64,000 nucleotides of DNA from an uncultured delta proteobacterium (GTDB lineage: Bacteria > Desulfobacterota > Desulfobacteria > Desulfobacterales > Desulfatirhabdiaceae). Made by a program: the position numbers and the translations under genes. The notes beneath the pieces were generated by a model. It saw only the letters and a list, made by a program, of their open reading frames with translations. It had not been told where the DNA came from and searched no databases. Below are positions 53,264 to 62,757 of the stretch, in pieces. Where the stretch lies: assembly GCA_963789395.1 (NCBI GenBank), contig CAWBKP010000014.1:96001-160000 (forward strand), in the 5' to 3' direction. Numbering within the stretch: position 1 is the first letter of the stretch; every line of letters starts with the position of its first letter.

Positions 53264-54730
53264 ATGAGTCACACAGACATATTAGAACCCGGTATTGATT
53301 GGAAAAACATCGCATTCATGCTGCTGGGAGTCGCCTTGTTCACCCTGGTGTACTATTCTCCCGCCTGGCCGGATGTTCTTGATCCGCTGGGGAAAAAATT
53401 TGTTCTCAGCCGTGAGGGGAAAGGCGCCATTGCCGTGTTTCTGCTGGCCGGAACCTGGTGGGTGTTTGAAGTGCTGCCGATCGGCGTCACCAGTATCGCA
53501 ATCGGCGTGCTTCAGGCCCTGTTTCTGATACGGCCTGCTGAAAAAGCTTTTAAAGACTTCATGGACCCAAGCGTCATGTTTATCTTCGCATCGATCATGA
53601 TCGGCCTGGTATTCACCAAAACCGGCCTGACCAAGCGCCTGTCCTACAGGATGCTGATGATCGTGGGTGAAAAAACCAGCATGATCTATCTTGGCTGCAT
53701 GGTGGTAACAGCTGCCCTGACGCACATCATGGCCCATACCGCAGTGGCCGCAACCATCTATCCGCTGCTGATTTCGATTTATTCGCTGTATGGCGAAGGT
53801 GATCAAAAAACCCGCTTTGGTAAAGGACTTTTTATGAGCATGGCATACGTCGCGGGTGCAGGCAGCATCATCACCCTGCTGGGCGCGGCCAGAGGCGCTG
53901 TTGCCGTCGGCTTTTACAAGGACATTGTCGGGACTGAAATTACCTTTTTCAACCTTTCTTATTACATGGCGCCGATTGGCTGGACCATGGTCTTTTTGTT
54001 GTGGGGCTTTTTCATGATATTCTTCAAGCCGGAAAAAGATGTGATTCCCGGTTTAAGAGAACGGGCAACCCAGCTCAATGCCCAGCTTGGATCCATGACC
54101 AAAAATGAGATTCTTGCCGGAATCATCGTCCTGACCTGTATTGTGGTGTTGTCTCTCAGATCGTTTGTTCCCGCCCTGAATGCCCTTGACAAAACCGGCA
54201 TCATTCTGATTTCCACCCTGTTGTTTTTCATCACCGGCATCATGGGCATCGAAGATCTGGAAAATGTGCCATGGAACATCATCCTGCTGTTTTCCGGTGC
54301 CATGAGCATCGGGTTCTGTCTGTGGGAAACAGGCGCAGCCAAATGGATGGCCGTCAACTGGCTGCTTCTGTTCCAAAAAGCCAACTGGTTCATTTTCATC
54401 ATGAGCATTGCCTTTTTTGTGCTGATCATGACCAATTTCATCATGAACGTGGCTGCCATCGCCATATCCCTTCCCGTGGCACTGGTGGTGGCGCCCTACC
54501 TGAAAGTAGCACCGGAAGTCATTTTCTTTGCCGCACTGGTTGCCGCCGGCATGCCGTTTATGCTTCTTGTCGGGGCTGCTCCCAATGCCATTGCCTATGA
54601 CTCCAAACAGTTTACATCCGGAGAGTTTTTTAAATATGGTCTCTTGGCCAGCATCATGCTCCTGGCGGTAATGGCCCTGTTTGTTGCATTTATCTGGCCG
54701 CTCATGGGAATGCCTGTCACCCTCAAATAA
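53264..54730 (+). CDS. DASS/SLC13 anion permease, copy 1
   Basis: WWVFEVLPIG, MAHTA, VPWNIILLF, TNFIMN and APNAIAY. Confidence 0.9.
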   Translation: MSHTDILEPGIDWKNIAFMLLGVALFTLVYYSPAWPDVLDPLGKKFVLSREGKGAIAVFLLAGTWWVFEVLPIGVTSIAIGVLQALFLIRPAEKAFKDFMDPSVMFIFASIMIGLVFTKTGLTKRLSYRMLMIVGEKTSMIYLGCMVVTAALTHIMAHTAVAATIYPLLISIYSLYGEGDQKTRFGKGLFMSMAYVAGAGSIITLLGAARGAVAVGFYKDIVGTEITFFNLSYYMAPIGWTMVFLLWGFFMIFFKPEKDVIPGLRERATQLNAQLGSMTKNEILAGIIVLTCIVVLSLRSFVPALNALDKTGIILISTLLFFITGIMGIEDLENVPWNIILLFSGAMSIGFCLWETGAAKWMAVNWLLLFQKANWFIFIMSIAFFVLIMTNFIMNVAAIAISLPVALVVAPYLKVAPEVIFFAALVAAGMPFMLLVGAAPNAIAYDSKQFTSGEFFKYGLLASIMLLAVMALFVAFIWPLMGMPVTLK

Positions 54731-54917
54731 GCACTGATCGTTGATATGCATTGAATAAAACAGCCATCTTTTCAATCTATGAACTCACATAACGGAGCAA
54801 TCTCTCAGGCGCGGATTCACGAGATTTCACTGTGCCGCGGAGTCTGAACTGATTCCTTCTGAGTCTTTCCAATTCCTATAAGCGGCGTCGGCGGCAGGCG
54901 CTGCTTTCTACCTGACT

Positions 54918-54958
54918 CGGGGCTAAAGGGTATCCCTCTTTAGCCCCGTGGTCTTTTC
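54918..54958 (+). terminator. Stem-loop between the duplicated modules
   Basis: cggggctaaag..ctttagccccg followed by tcttttc. Confidence 0.55.
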
Positions 54959-55107
54959 AGTAAAGAAGACCGCCATCCAAACGATGTCCATCTTGTATCA
55001 TTTTGTTTCAAACCAAATGATTCTATTTGATTCAATTGGTTTCATGGCGATACATATTTTTCCTGCCACTACCTATCAACATCCCGACATCATAATATAA
55101 GTTAATA

Positions 55108-55123
55108 TGGCACAGGCTTTGCT
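55108..55123 (+). promoter_or_regulatory. sigma54 -24/-12 promoter, copy 2
   Basis: TGGCAC-AGGCT-TTGCT; the upstream tcctgcc..tatcaacatccc is homologous to copy 1. Confidence 0.8.
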
Positions 55124-55204
55124 CTACTGCTCAGGCGGTACTTCGCACTAATATTTAAACCCCTTTTTTCTGGGAGGGGGTGTTCATAGGCGTATCGCGT
55201 CAAA

Positions 55205-55438
55205 ATGCACTTTATGCTTGGAGCAGATGGTTTTGCAGGGTTCAATGATGAGACCCCCTCTCTTTTTACCTCTATTCAGGCCATGAAAAAGGGCGCATTT
55301 GATGAGCTTCATCTTCCCATTGACATGAAAAAGTTGACAAAGCGGATTACCGCCGCCCGACAGCGTCAATATGAAAGGGAAAATGCCAAGAAAACAGGGA
55401 TTCAGGGTAACCCGCAGTATCCGAATGCCAGACAATAA
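55205..55438 (+). pseudogene. Internally deleted copy of the atypical receiver gene
   Basis: SIQAMKKGAFDELHLPIDMKKL..RENAKKTGIQ matches the C-terminal part of 51644..52084; most of the N-terminal part is missing. Confidence 0.75.
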
Positions 55439-55474
55439 CCGTTTTGAATACAAATAAATCAAGGAGATGAATGA

Positions 55475-55906
55475 ATGAAAATACGCGTGTTGCTGGTAGA
55501 CGATGAAAAGGATTTCATCGATGTGCTTGCAGAGCGTCTGGAGGCCAGGGATTTCACCGCCTTCAAAGCGTACTCTGGAGATGAGGCACTGGGGCTGGTC
55601 CGGGAAAAAGACGTGGATGTCGTTCTTTTGGATGTCCAGATGCCTGTAAAAGACGGCGTGACCGTGCTTCAGGAGCTCAAAGCGTTCAATCCGCTATTGG
55701 AAGTGATCATGCTCACCGGCCATTCCACGGTGGAATCCGCAGTGGAAGGCATGAAGATCGGCGCATATGACTATCTCCTGAAACCAACGGAAACAAAGGA
55801 CCTGGTTGAAAAAATAGCACTTGCCTTCAAGCGCAAATCCGAGCAGGAAAATCGCATCCGGCAGGCGGAAATCGAACGTATCCTGGCGCGCAAGGGCTGG
55901 GCCTGA
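55475..55906 (+). CDS. Single-domain response regulator, copy 2
   Basis: Nearly identical to 52128..52565. Confidence 0.92.
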   Translation: MKIRVLLVDDEKDFIDVLAERLEARDFTAFKAYSGDEALGLVREKDVDVVLLDVQMPVKDGVTVLQELKAFNPLLEVIMLTGHSTVESAVEGMKIGAYDYLLKPTETKDLVEKIALAFKRKSEQENRIRQAEIERILARKGWA

Positions 55907-56028
55907 TAAATTCGCAAAAAATCAACATGGGGCGGCAAATGCCGGTGTCCCGTCTGTTCAAGATTCCGTCAGCATGGGATGAAGCTCAACACTGAGATTG
56001 GACGTTACAAAGCCATCAAAGGAGAAAT

Positions 56029-56583
56029 ATGCAAGCGACGAAAGTTAAGGAATTAATGGTGCCGCTATCCGAGTATGCGACGGTTTTCGAGGACGCCACA
56101 CTGAACGAGGCAATCCTGGCCCTGGAAGATGCCCAGAAAAATGTGGAACTGGGACGTGAAAAACATCGGGCCATTCTGGTTCTCGACAACCATCGGCGTG
56201 TGGTGGGAAAACTGACCCAATGGGATGTGAGTGCCGGGATCGAGCCGAAATACCGGGGGATTGAACATATCACAGAAACATCGCGATTTGGATTCAGCCC
56301 GGAATATATCCGATCAATGATGACAGACTACGGACTCTGGAGAAAACCACTGGCGGATCTCTGCCGTAAAGCCTCGGAGATACGGGTTAAAGACATTATG
56401 AGCAACCCCACCCCCGGGGAATATATCGATGAAGATGCCTCTCTGGATGAGGCCATTCACCTGCTGGTCATGGGGCGCCATCAGTCGCTGATCGTGAAAA
56501 AAGGCGATAAGATATCCGGAATCCTGAGAATGAGCGATGTGTTCAAGGGAATCTGCGACATGGTTAAAACCTGCACACTATAA
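56029..56583 (+). CDS. CBS-domain protein, copy 2
   Basis: Close paralog of 52602..53156. Confidence 0.88.
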   Translation: MQATKVKELMVPLSEYATVFEDATLNEAILALEDAQKNVELGREKHRAILVLDNHRRVVGKLTQWDVSAGIEPKYRGIEHITETSRFGFSPEYIRSMMTDYGLWRKPLADLCRKASEIRVKDIMSNPTPGEYIDEDASLDEAIHLLVMGRHQSLIVKKGDKISGILRMSDVFKGICDMVKTCTL

Positions 56584-56783
56584 ACAATGTGAACGCCGGA
56601 ATACGGAAATGAAATGCATTCAATCGGCATCTGCAAAAAACCCGAAGTTATCTAATAAGGATTTTTATCAGCATCGTGCAAAAAGTCTGCACCTGCAGCA
56701 TGTGAAAGGAGTTGGCCGCCATGTCAGAAGAAATTAGAAACCTGCCGGTGGGAGCCGGTTTACACGAGATTCCCGAGGGGATC

Positions 56784-58253
56784 ATGATGGCTTCCAGGAA
56801 AATGGTTATCGACTGGAAAAGAATATTTTTCATCGTTCTGGGACTTACCCTGTTTTTCACCTTTTATTTCATGAACGACCTGCCGGATGCGGTGGATCCG
56901 GCAGGTAAGCACTTTGCCCTGCCTTCTCAGGGAAGGATGGCATTGGGGCTCTTTCTGATGGCGGCCGTGTGGTGGATTTTCGAGGTGATGCCCATCGGGG
57001 CTACGGCCATTGCCATCGGATTTTTTCAGGTCGTTTTTTCGATTCGGCCGGCGGATGCAGCCCTGAAGGATTTTTTCGATCCCTCTGTCTGGTTTATCTT
57101 CGGTTCTGTCGTCATGGGACTCGCCTTCGCCCACTCGGGCCTCACCAAGCGAATGGCCTACAAGATGCTGGGGGTCGTGGGCGAAAACACCAATTTTATC
57201 CTGCTTGGCACGTTTCTTATCGTAGCCGGCATGACCCTGCTCATGGCCCACACCGCAGTGGCCGCAGCCATGTTCCCGCTGCTCATGGCCATTAACTCAC
57301 TCTACAGCGAATCCGACCAGCCCACACGCTTCGGAAAAGGTCTGTTCATCGGTATGGCATGGACCGCAGGCGCGGGTTCGGTTATCACCTTCCTGGGCTC
57401 GGCCCGGGCAGTGGCCGGGGCCGGCATGTTCAAAAAATTCACCGGCGGCACGGAAATCGGCTTCTTCGAACTCACCTGGTACATGCTCCCCTTGGGAGCG
57501 CTCATGGTTTTTCTCATCTGGCTCGTGGTAATTTTCTGCTTCAAACCGGAGAAGGCCCGCATCGACGGGTTGCGGGAAAGGGTCACCCACTTGGCAAAGG
57601 AACTCGGCCCCATGAACATGAAGGAAATATTCGTCCTGGTCATGGTTTCCGTGGTGCTGGGGCTTTTCATGCTAAAATCCTTCTCGCCTATTCCCTTTTT
57701 CAAGAACATGGACCGGGCAGCGATCATGCTGGTGCCTGTCCTGGCGTTTTTTCTTGTCAGAACCCTCGGCGTTGAGGAAATGGAATCCATTCCCTGGAAT
57801 ATTCTGCTGCTGTTCGGCGGGGCCATGAGCATCGGATACTGCCTTTACGACACCAAGGCCGCTGAATGGATGGCCGTCAGCTGGGTGACCTGGTTTCAAA
57901 CAGCCCCCTGGCTGGTCTTTGTTCTGGCCATCGCCTTTCTGGTTCTGTGCCTGACCAATTTCATCATGAACGTTGCCGCCATTGCCATTGCACTTCCCAT
58001 CTCCCTGGTCATCGCAACATATCTGGGCGTGGCGCCCCATGTCATCTTCTTCGCCTCCCTGGCCACCGCCGGCATGCCCTTCAACCTTCTGATCGGCGCA
58101 GCACCCAATGCCATTGCCTATGAAAGCAAGCAATTCACTGCAGGGGAGTTTTTCATGTATGGGTGCGTTCCCAGTTTAATTCTCATGACTTTGCTGTCAC
58201 TCTTCTGCTATTTCATCTGGCCGCTCATGGGCATGCCGGTCCTGCTCAAGTAA
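56784..58253 (+). CDS. DASS/SLC13 anion permease, copy 2 (more diverged)
   Basis: WWIFEVMPIG, MAHTA, IPWNILLLF, TNFIMN and APNAIAY. The start is uncertain (56712-56787). Confidence 0.9.
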   Translation: MMASRKMVIDWKRIFFIVLGLTLFFTFYFMNDLPDAVDPAGKHFALPSQGRMALGLFLMAAVWWIFEVMPIGATAIAIGFFQVVFSIRPADAALKDFFDPSVWFIFGSVVMGLAFAHSGLTKRMAYKMLGVVGENTNFILLGTFLIVAGMTLLMAHTAVAAAMFPLLMAINSLYSESDQPTRFGKGLFIGMAWTAGAGSVITFLGSARAVAGAGMFKKFTGGTEIGFFELTWYMLPLGALMVFLIWLVVIFCFKPEKARIDGLRERVTHLAKELGPMNMKEIFVLVMVSVVLGLFMLKSFSPIPFFKNMDRAAIMLVPVLAFFLVRTLGVEEMESIPWNILLLFGGAMSIGYCLYDTKAAEWMAVSWVTWFQTAPWLVFVLAIAFLVLCLTNFIMNVAAIAIALPISLVIATYLGVAPHVIFFASLATAGMPFNLLIGAAPNAIAYESKQFTAGEFFMYGCVPSLILMTLLSLFCYFIWPLMGMPVLLK

Positions 58254-58404
58254 AGCGGCGCACCACGTCGGGGAAGGTGCTGGCACGCCGGCCGGCCCTT
58301 CCCTTTGACACTGCGACAAAAATTCACCGTGCCAAAGCGGCCCCGTCATTAGAATCCGATAAAACAACAATCTATTCAACGCAATTATAACAGGAGTGTT
58401 TCTG

Positions 58405-58836
58405 ATGAAGCCTGTAATCATGTTAGTGGATGATGAAGTCCCTTTTGTGGAAACCATGACCAAGCGGCTGGGCAAGCGGGATCTGACGATCGTTTCAGCG
58501 CACAGCGGCGCTGAGGCATTAACAAAACTCGGCCAGGAGGATCAGATCGATGTCGTGATCCTTGACGTCAAAATGCCGGGAATGGACGGCATCGAAACCC
58601 TGAAAGAAATCAAGAAAACCCACCCCCTGATTGAGGTGATCATGCTGACAGGGCATGCCACGGTCGAAACCGGTATCGACGGCATGAAGCTGGGGGCATT
58701 CGACTATCTCATGAAGCCCTGCGATATCGAGATGCTGTTGAAGAAAGTCCAGGAAGCCAGGGCAAAGAAAGACTCTCATAATGAAAAAATCGCCCAGGCG
58801 CGGATTCATGAAATAGCACTGCGACGCGGGGTCTGA
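58405..58836 (+). CDS. Single-domain response regulator
   Basis: LVDDE, LDVKMPGMDG, MLTGH and YLMKP. Confidence 0.92.
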   Translation: MKPVIMLVDDEVPFVETMTKRLGKRDLTIVSAHSGAEALTKLGQEDQIDVVILDVKMPGMDGIETLKEIKKTHPLIEVIMLTGHATVETGIDGMKLGAFDYLMKPCDIEMLLKKVQEARAKKDSHNEKIAQARIHEIALRRGV

Positions 58837-58892
58837 ACAGGAACCTTCCGGACATTGCCGTTTTTATAAGCAGGGTCGAGGCGGAATGCAGG

Positions 58893-58935
58893 AGCGGGGC
58901 CGAAGGGCTTGTTTTCCCCTTCAGCCCCGCGTTTT
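58893..58935 (+). terminator. Terminator between the convergent regulator and tupA genes
   Basis: gcggggccgaaggg..cccttcagccccgc-gtttt. Confidence 0.65.
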
Positions 58936-58978
58936 GAACGATTGAATCATTTATTGAAGCGTAATGTTCTGCTTTCCC

Positions 58979-59815
58979 TTATTTGGTCGGGATAAAGAAA
59001 AGCTGTTTTCCGGAGAGCTTGAAATCCGTGATCAGTTTTTGCGTTGACGGAAGGGCCATCCAGGCTGAAAAAGCCTTTGCCAGATCGGATTTGACGTTGG
59101 TGCATCTTGCCGGATTTACCTCGATGACACTGTAAAGGTTTTTCAGCATATCATCCCCTTCAACCAGAATTTTAAGGGGTGGATTACCCTTCTGGGTGTC
59201 CTCATACTTGATGTAGGTCCCCCGGTCCGTCATGGTATAGCCATTTCGTTCTGCCGCCATTTGGATGGTTGCCAGCATTCCCTGGCCGGCCTGAACGTAC
59301 CAGGCGTCCTTGTCAGGAACAGCCAGTCCGCTTCCTTTCCATAATGCCATTTCAGTTAAATGGGTTCCGGACTTGTCACCGCGGCTGACGAACAGGCTCT
59401 GTTTGTTCTGAATGGCTGTCAGGGCGTCTTTGACGCTTTTACCCTTGACGCCGGCCGGATCCGTCGCCGGACCGATGATGACGAAATCATTGTACATCAC
59501 CTCCCGGCGGTTGATCCCGAATCCGTCCGCAACGTATTTCTTTTCGGTTGCCGGTGCATGGACCAGCAGCACGTCCGCATCGCAGTTTTCTCCCAGTTTC
59601 AGTGCCTGACCGGTTCCGACCGACACCCACTGAATATCGATACCGGTCTCCTTTACAAAAAAAGGCTTCAGGTAATCGAGCAGGCCCGTGTTGTCCGTGC
59701 TGGTGGTGGTGGCCATCCGGAGCAACTTGGCTTCCTGTGAAACAGCGGGGGTTTGGGATAACATCAGAAAAACAGCAACCAGTGTCAAACATACAGCAAT
59801 TGAATAACGTTTCAT
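58979..59815 (-). CDS. tupA: Tungstate-binding periplasmic protein
   Basis: RMATTTSTDNTGLL, GTGQA, LVHAP, MYNDF, FVSRGDKSGTH and TDRGTY; AGGAGG RBS before MKRYS. Confidence 0.9.
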   Translation of the reverse strand: MKRYSIAVCLTLVAVFLMLSQTPAVSQEAKLLRMATTTSTDNTGLLDYLKPFFVKETGIDIQWVSVGTGQALKLGENCDADVLLVHAPATEKKYVADGFGINRREVMYNDFVIIGPATDPAGVKGKSVKDALTAIQNKQSLFVSRGDKSGTHLTEMALWKGSGLAVPDKDAWYVQAGQGMLATIQMAAERNGYTMTDRGTYIKYEDTQKGNPPLKILVEGDDMLKNLYSVIEVNPARCTNVKSDLAKAFSAWMALPSTQKLITDFKLSGKQLFFIPTK

Positions 59816-59930
59816 TTTCTGCCTCCTTGTGTAGATGTTTCGATATGGTAAGGTTACGGGTTCAACATATTGAAAAAAAGTCAATTCATTCACAGCCCAG
59901 CCGATCTTCTCCGCCTCGTTTGTATTGGGG

Positions 59931-60800
59931 TCAGTGATCATACTGCCTCGCATATTCGGCATCATTGTACAACCCTTCCCCGAACTGATCTTTTCCGAAA
60001 TTTCGAATGACCGTCTGCCCTTTTTCAGAAGCCGCGAAATCAATGAATTGAGCTGCCACGGGCTGTCCGTCAGTAGCGCCTTCCGGTTGGCAGAGTGCAT
60101 GATAGGTGTTGATCAGGACCGGATCACCCCGAAACAATATCTTCAAGTGTTTTATGGACTTGTTCGCCTCACTCCAGGTGCTGCTGTCGGTCATGAAATA
60201 GCCGCCCAGACTATCCGCGTTTTTCAGGGTATCCAGCATGAACCCCTTGGAAATGATGTACCAGTCGCCGGAGGGCGTAGTGCCCGATGCCTTCCAGATA
60301 TCCAGCTCCTTTTTATGGGTTCCGGAATTGTCACCGCGGGAAAGAAATGGCGATTTGGCTTCCGCGATTTTTCCGTAGGCCCGGGCGGCGTTTTGTGCCG
60401 AGGAAATGCCGGCAGGATCTTGCGGGGGGCCGACAATGTAAAATTCGTTGGAGCCGATCAGGGTCCGCTTGATGGCCCATCCCTGCTGCACGGCCAGTTT
60501 TTCCGCTGCCGGCGCATGGACCATGATTGCATCCACCTGTTTTTCTTTGAGCATCTTCAAGGAATCACCGGAGCCTGCCTTTATCCAGCAAAGAGAGGCT
60601 TTCTTTTCCCGGTTGAATTCCTCGGCCAGCGCCTTCAGTAAACCCAGCTCACCAGGGCTCCCGGTGGCCAGACTGAACCGCTGGGTGCCGCTTCCATAGG
60701 TTTCCGTACAACTTTCCTGGGCATGGAGCAACACGGACGTCCCTGGCAGCAGCAGCAAAACAACCCAAATCAGCCAATAATGCAATCCTCTGGTTTTCAT
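59931..60800 (-). CDS. Divergent TupA-family oxyanion-binding protein
   Basis: LATGSPGELGLL replaces ATTTS; MVHAP, GSNEF and FLSRGDNSGTH are retained; GAGGAGG RBS. Confidence 0.85.
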   Translation of the reverse strand: MKTRGLHYWLIWVVLLLLPGTSVLLHAQESCTETYGSGTQRFSLATGSPGELGLLKALAEEFNREKKASLCWIKAGSGDSLKMLKEKQVDAIMVHAPAAEKLAVQQGWAIKRTLIGSNEFYIVGPPQDPAGISSAQNAARAYGKIAEAKSPFLSRGDNSGTHKKELDIWKASGTTPSGDWYIISKGFMLDTLKNADSLGGYFMTDSSTWSEANKSIKHLKILFRGDPVLINTYHALCQPEGATDGQPVAAQFIDFAASEKGQTVIRNFGKDQFGEGLYNDAEYARQYDH

Positions 60801-60960
60801 AAAACACCTCCTCGAATGTATGTGCCCAATGTTCATCCGCATTAAAATCACGGATGCTGTTAAGCATATTCTGCTGATTTCTAAGGCGGTACCCGGTTTG
60901 ATGAAATACTGGCGATGTCTTGAAAAATGGTTGGAAACCTTGTAGCGTAAATATTTGTTT

Positions 60961-60976
60961 ATGTCAATGTTGACAT
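60961..60976. promoter_or_regulatory. Palindrome upstream of the tupA pair
   Basis: ATGTCAA-TG-TTGACAT. Confidence 0.45.
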
Positions 60977-61125
60977 AGCGATGATTCAACGCAATTTTTT
61001 TTAGAAAACTATCCATACCAGGCCCTGTCCAACCCGAAAAATGGTTCGTCTATTCAGTTTGGTTCTGGATCCAGGTCAGAAAGGCTTCGGCAGATTTGGC
61101 GTATTTCTGATTCAAACAGGCTTGG

Positions 61126-61665
61126 GTGCTGGGAATGAGCTCGCCGTCGAACTTCACCTATCCCGAGATGAAAAGTGTCGTCGAAGCCGTTCAGACGTCA
61201 GGATTGCGGGACCAGGTCAAATTCGACCCGGAAAAGCATCGGGCGAACCTTACTGCAGCGGGACGCCGAAGCATTGGCCGCAGGCCTTTCCGTTCATCAG
61301 GGAGAGCGCATCACTCCCAAACTGGATTCGGAAACCGAACGCGCTCACCGCTTCAAGAAATACTTCGTCTGACCGGCTGGATTCTGCTATATTACGCCAT
61401 ATTTTGTTTTCCAGAGGGAGGATCTTTCTTGAGTTCAGTAATTATTCAGCCCGGCCATGAACAAATCGATATCGCACTGGGACATAGCCTGATGGAAGCC
61501 GCCCGGGAGCGGTTTCCCCAGGTGGGAAACGCCGAAGGCACAGGCACGCGGATGGTGCTGACTTCCGCCACGGAAAAGCGAAGTGCGGAAGCATTGGCCC
61601 GGCAGATTCATTACCTGGAGCTGGCCGCTCATCCCAGATTCGGACATTTTTTTCCCAGGCATTGA
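61126..61665 (+). pseudogene. Fused relics of a corrinoid (B12-binding) protein and an ASKHA/RACE corrinoid activator
   Basis: LGMSS..TYPEMKSVVEAV..SGLRDQVK resembles a B12-binding domain end. QVGNAEGTGTRMVLTS..AEALARQIHYLELAAHPRF resembles an ASKHA C-terminus. Confidence 0.6.
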
Positions 61666-61713
61666 ACTTTCCCCTGCCCGGGGCGTTATTCTGACGCAAA
61701 AGCGAGGTGTCCA

Positions 61714-62622
61714 ATGAATCACAGACAGCGGGTTGCACTGACCATTCAAAGGCAACGTGCGGACAGGATTCCCCGGGGAGAGCTGTGCATCGACGATGGC
61801 CTGATCAGTGCGTTTCTGGACACAGCCCATGTGACGCACCGGGAGCGCCTGGAATTTGCCTCCCGGCTGGACCTGGATCTCATCTGCCTGTCACCCGACT
61901 ACGGAACGGGTAACCAACCCGATCGCTTGCCGGCGCCCGATGCGCACTGCTGGCCGGACCTGGAGCAATGGAGTTCGGGAACCGATCTGTTTGTCTTTGT
62001 GATCCTGGACGGCGGATTCTCCTGGGGGATGAAACTGCTGGGCTTGAAGAACTTCATGACGGCTGTCATGCGCCGCGCCTCCGAAATCGCGTCCATATTG
62101 CAGGAAGCGGACACTCTCGGTACAGTGTTGATGAAGCGAGCCGCCGCACAAGGCGCCCATGGCGTCGTGATCGCGGATGATATCGCCTTCACGGCCGGCC
62201 CGATGGTTGCCCCGGACGTTTTGCGCCGATTATTTTTCCCCTTCGTCGCGCGACAGGTGGAATGCGCGCACAAACTGGGACTGAGTGTCATTTTCCATTC
62301 GGACGGCAACCTCAATTCCGTTCTGGCCGATCTTGCGGCCACCGGAATCGATGGGTTGCAATGTCTTGAAAATGCAGCAGGAATGGACCTGGCCCGAACC
62401 TGGAAACAATACGGTGACAGGTTGTGCTTCTGGGGAAATCTTGACCCCTCGCTTCTGTCAGCCCCGCTGGATCCGCAAGAAATCGAACAACAGGTGAACA
62501 CCATCCTGCACGTCGCAAACGGCGGCGGGATCATTTTTGGAACCAGCAGCGGCTTATTTAATGGCATGCGGCCGGAAAATCTGTCCTACCTCCACAAGCT
62601 TCTCTCATGTTATTCCGACTGA
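61714..62622 (+). CDS. Uroporphyrinogen decarboxylase / MtaA-like methyltransferase family protein
   Basis: ADRIPRGE, IADDIA, FHSDGN, WGNLD and GIIFGTS. Confidence 0.8.
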   Translation: MNHRQRVALTIQRQRADRIPRGELCIDDGLISAFLDTAHVTHRERLEFASRLDLDLICLSPDYGTGNQPDRLPAPDAHCWPDLEQWSSGTDLFVFVILDGGFSWGMKLLGLKNFMTAVMRRASEIASILQEADTLGTVLMKRAAAQGAHGVVIADDIAFTAGPMVAPDVLRRLFFPFVARQVECAHKLGLSVIFHSDGNLNSVLADLAATGIDGLQCLENAAGMDLARTWKQYGDRLCFWGNLDPSLLSAPLDPQEIEQQVNTILHVANGGGIIFGTSSGLFNGMRPENLSYLHKLLSCYSD

Positions 62623-62757
62623 TCCTCACTGTCCGGAAGAGCAAGGCAGGAGAAGCTTTGCGCCGCATAATAATGATTCTTTCCTCCATGCTTTCAGGAT
62701 GAAATCGTTATTTCAGCAATAAACGCCTCCTTATCGATAATTGAGTATTTGCTTATG

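Noticed and set aside
54788..54830. Glycine riboswitch-like words (ggagcaa, ctctcagg)
   Set aside because: The GGAGA..CCGAAG core and stems are missing, and the site lies 3' of a gene, before a terminator-like hairpin.
60962..60975. CooA box
   Set aside because: Spacing is TGTCA-N4-TGACA rather than N6, and the site is far from the coo genes.
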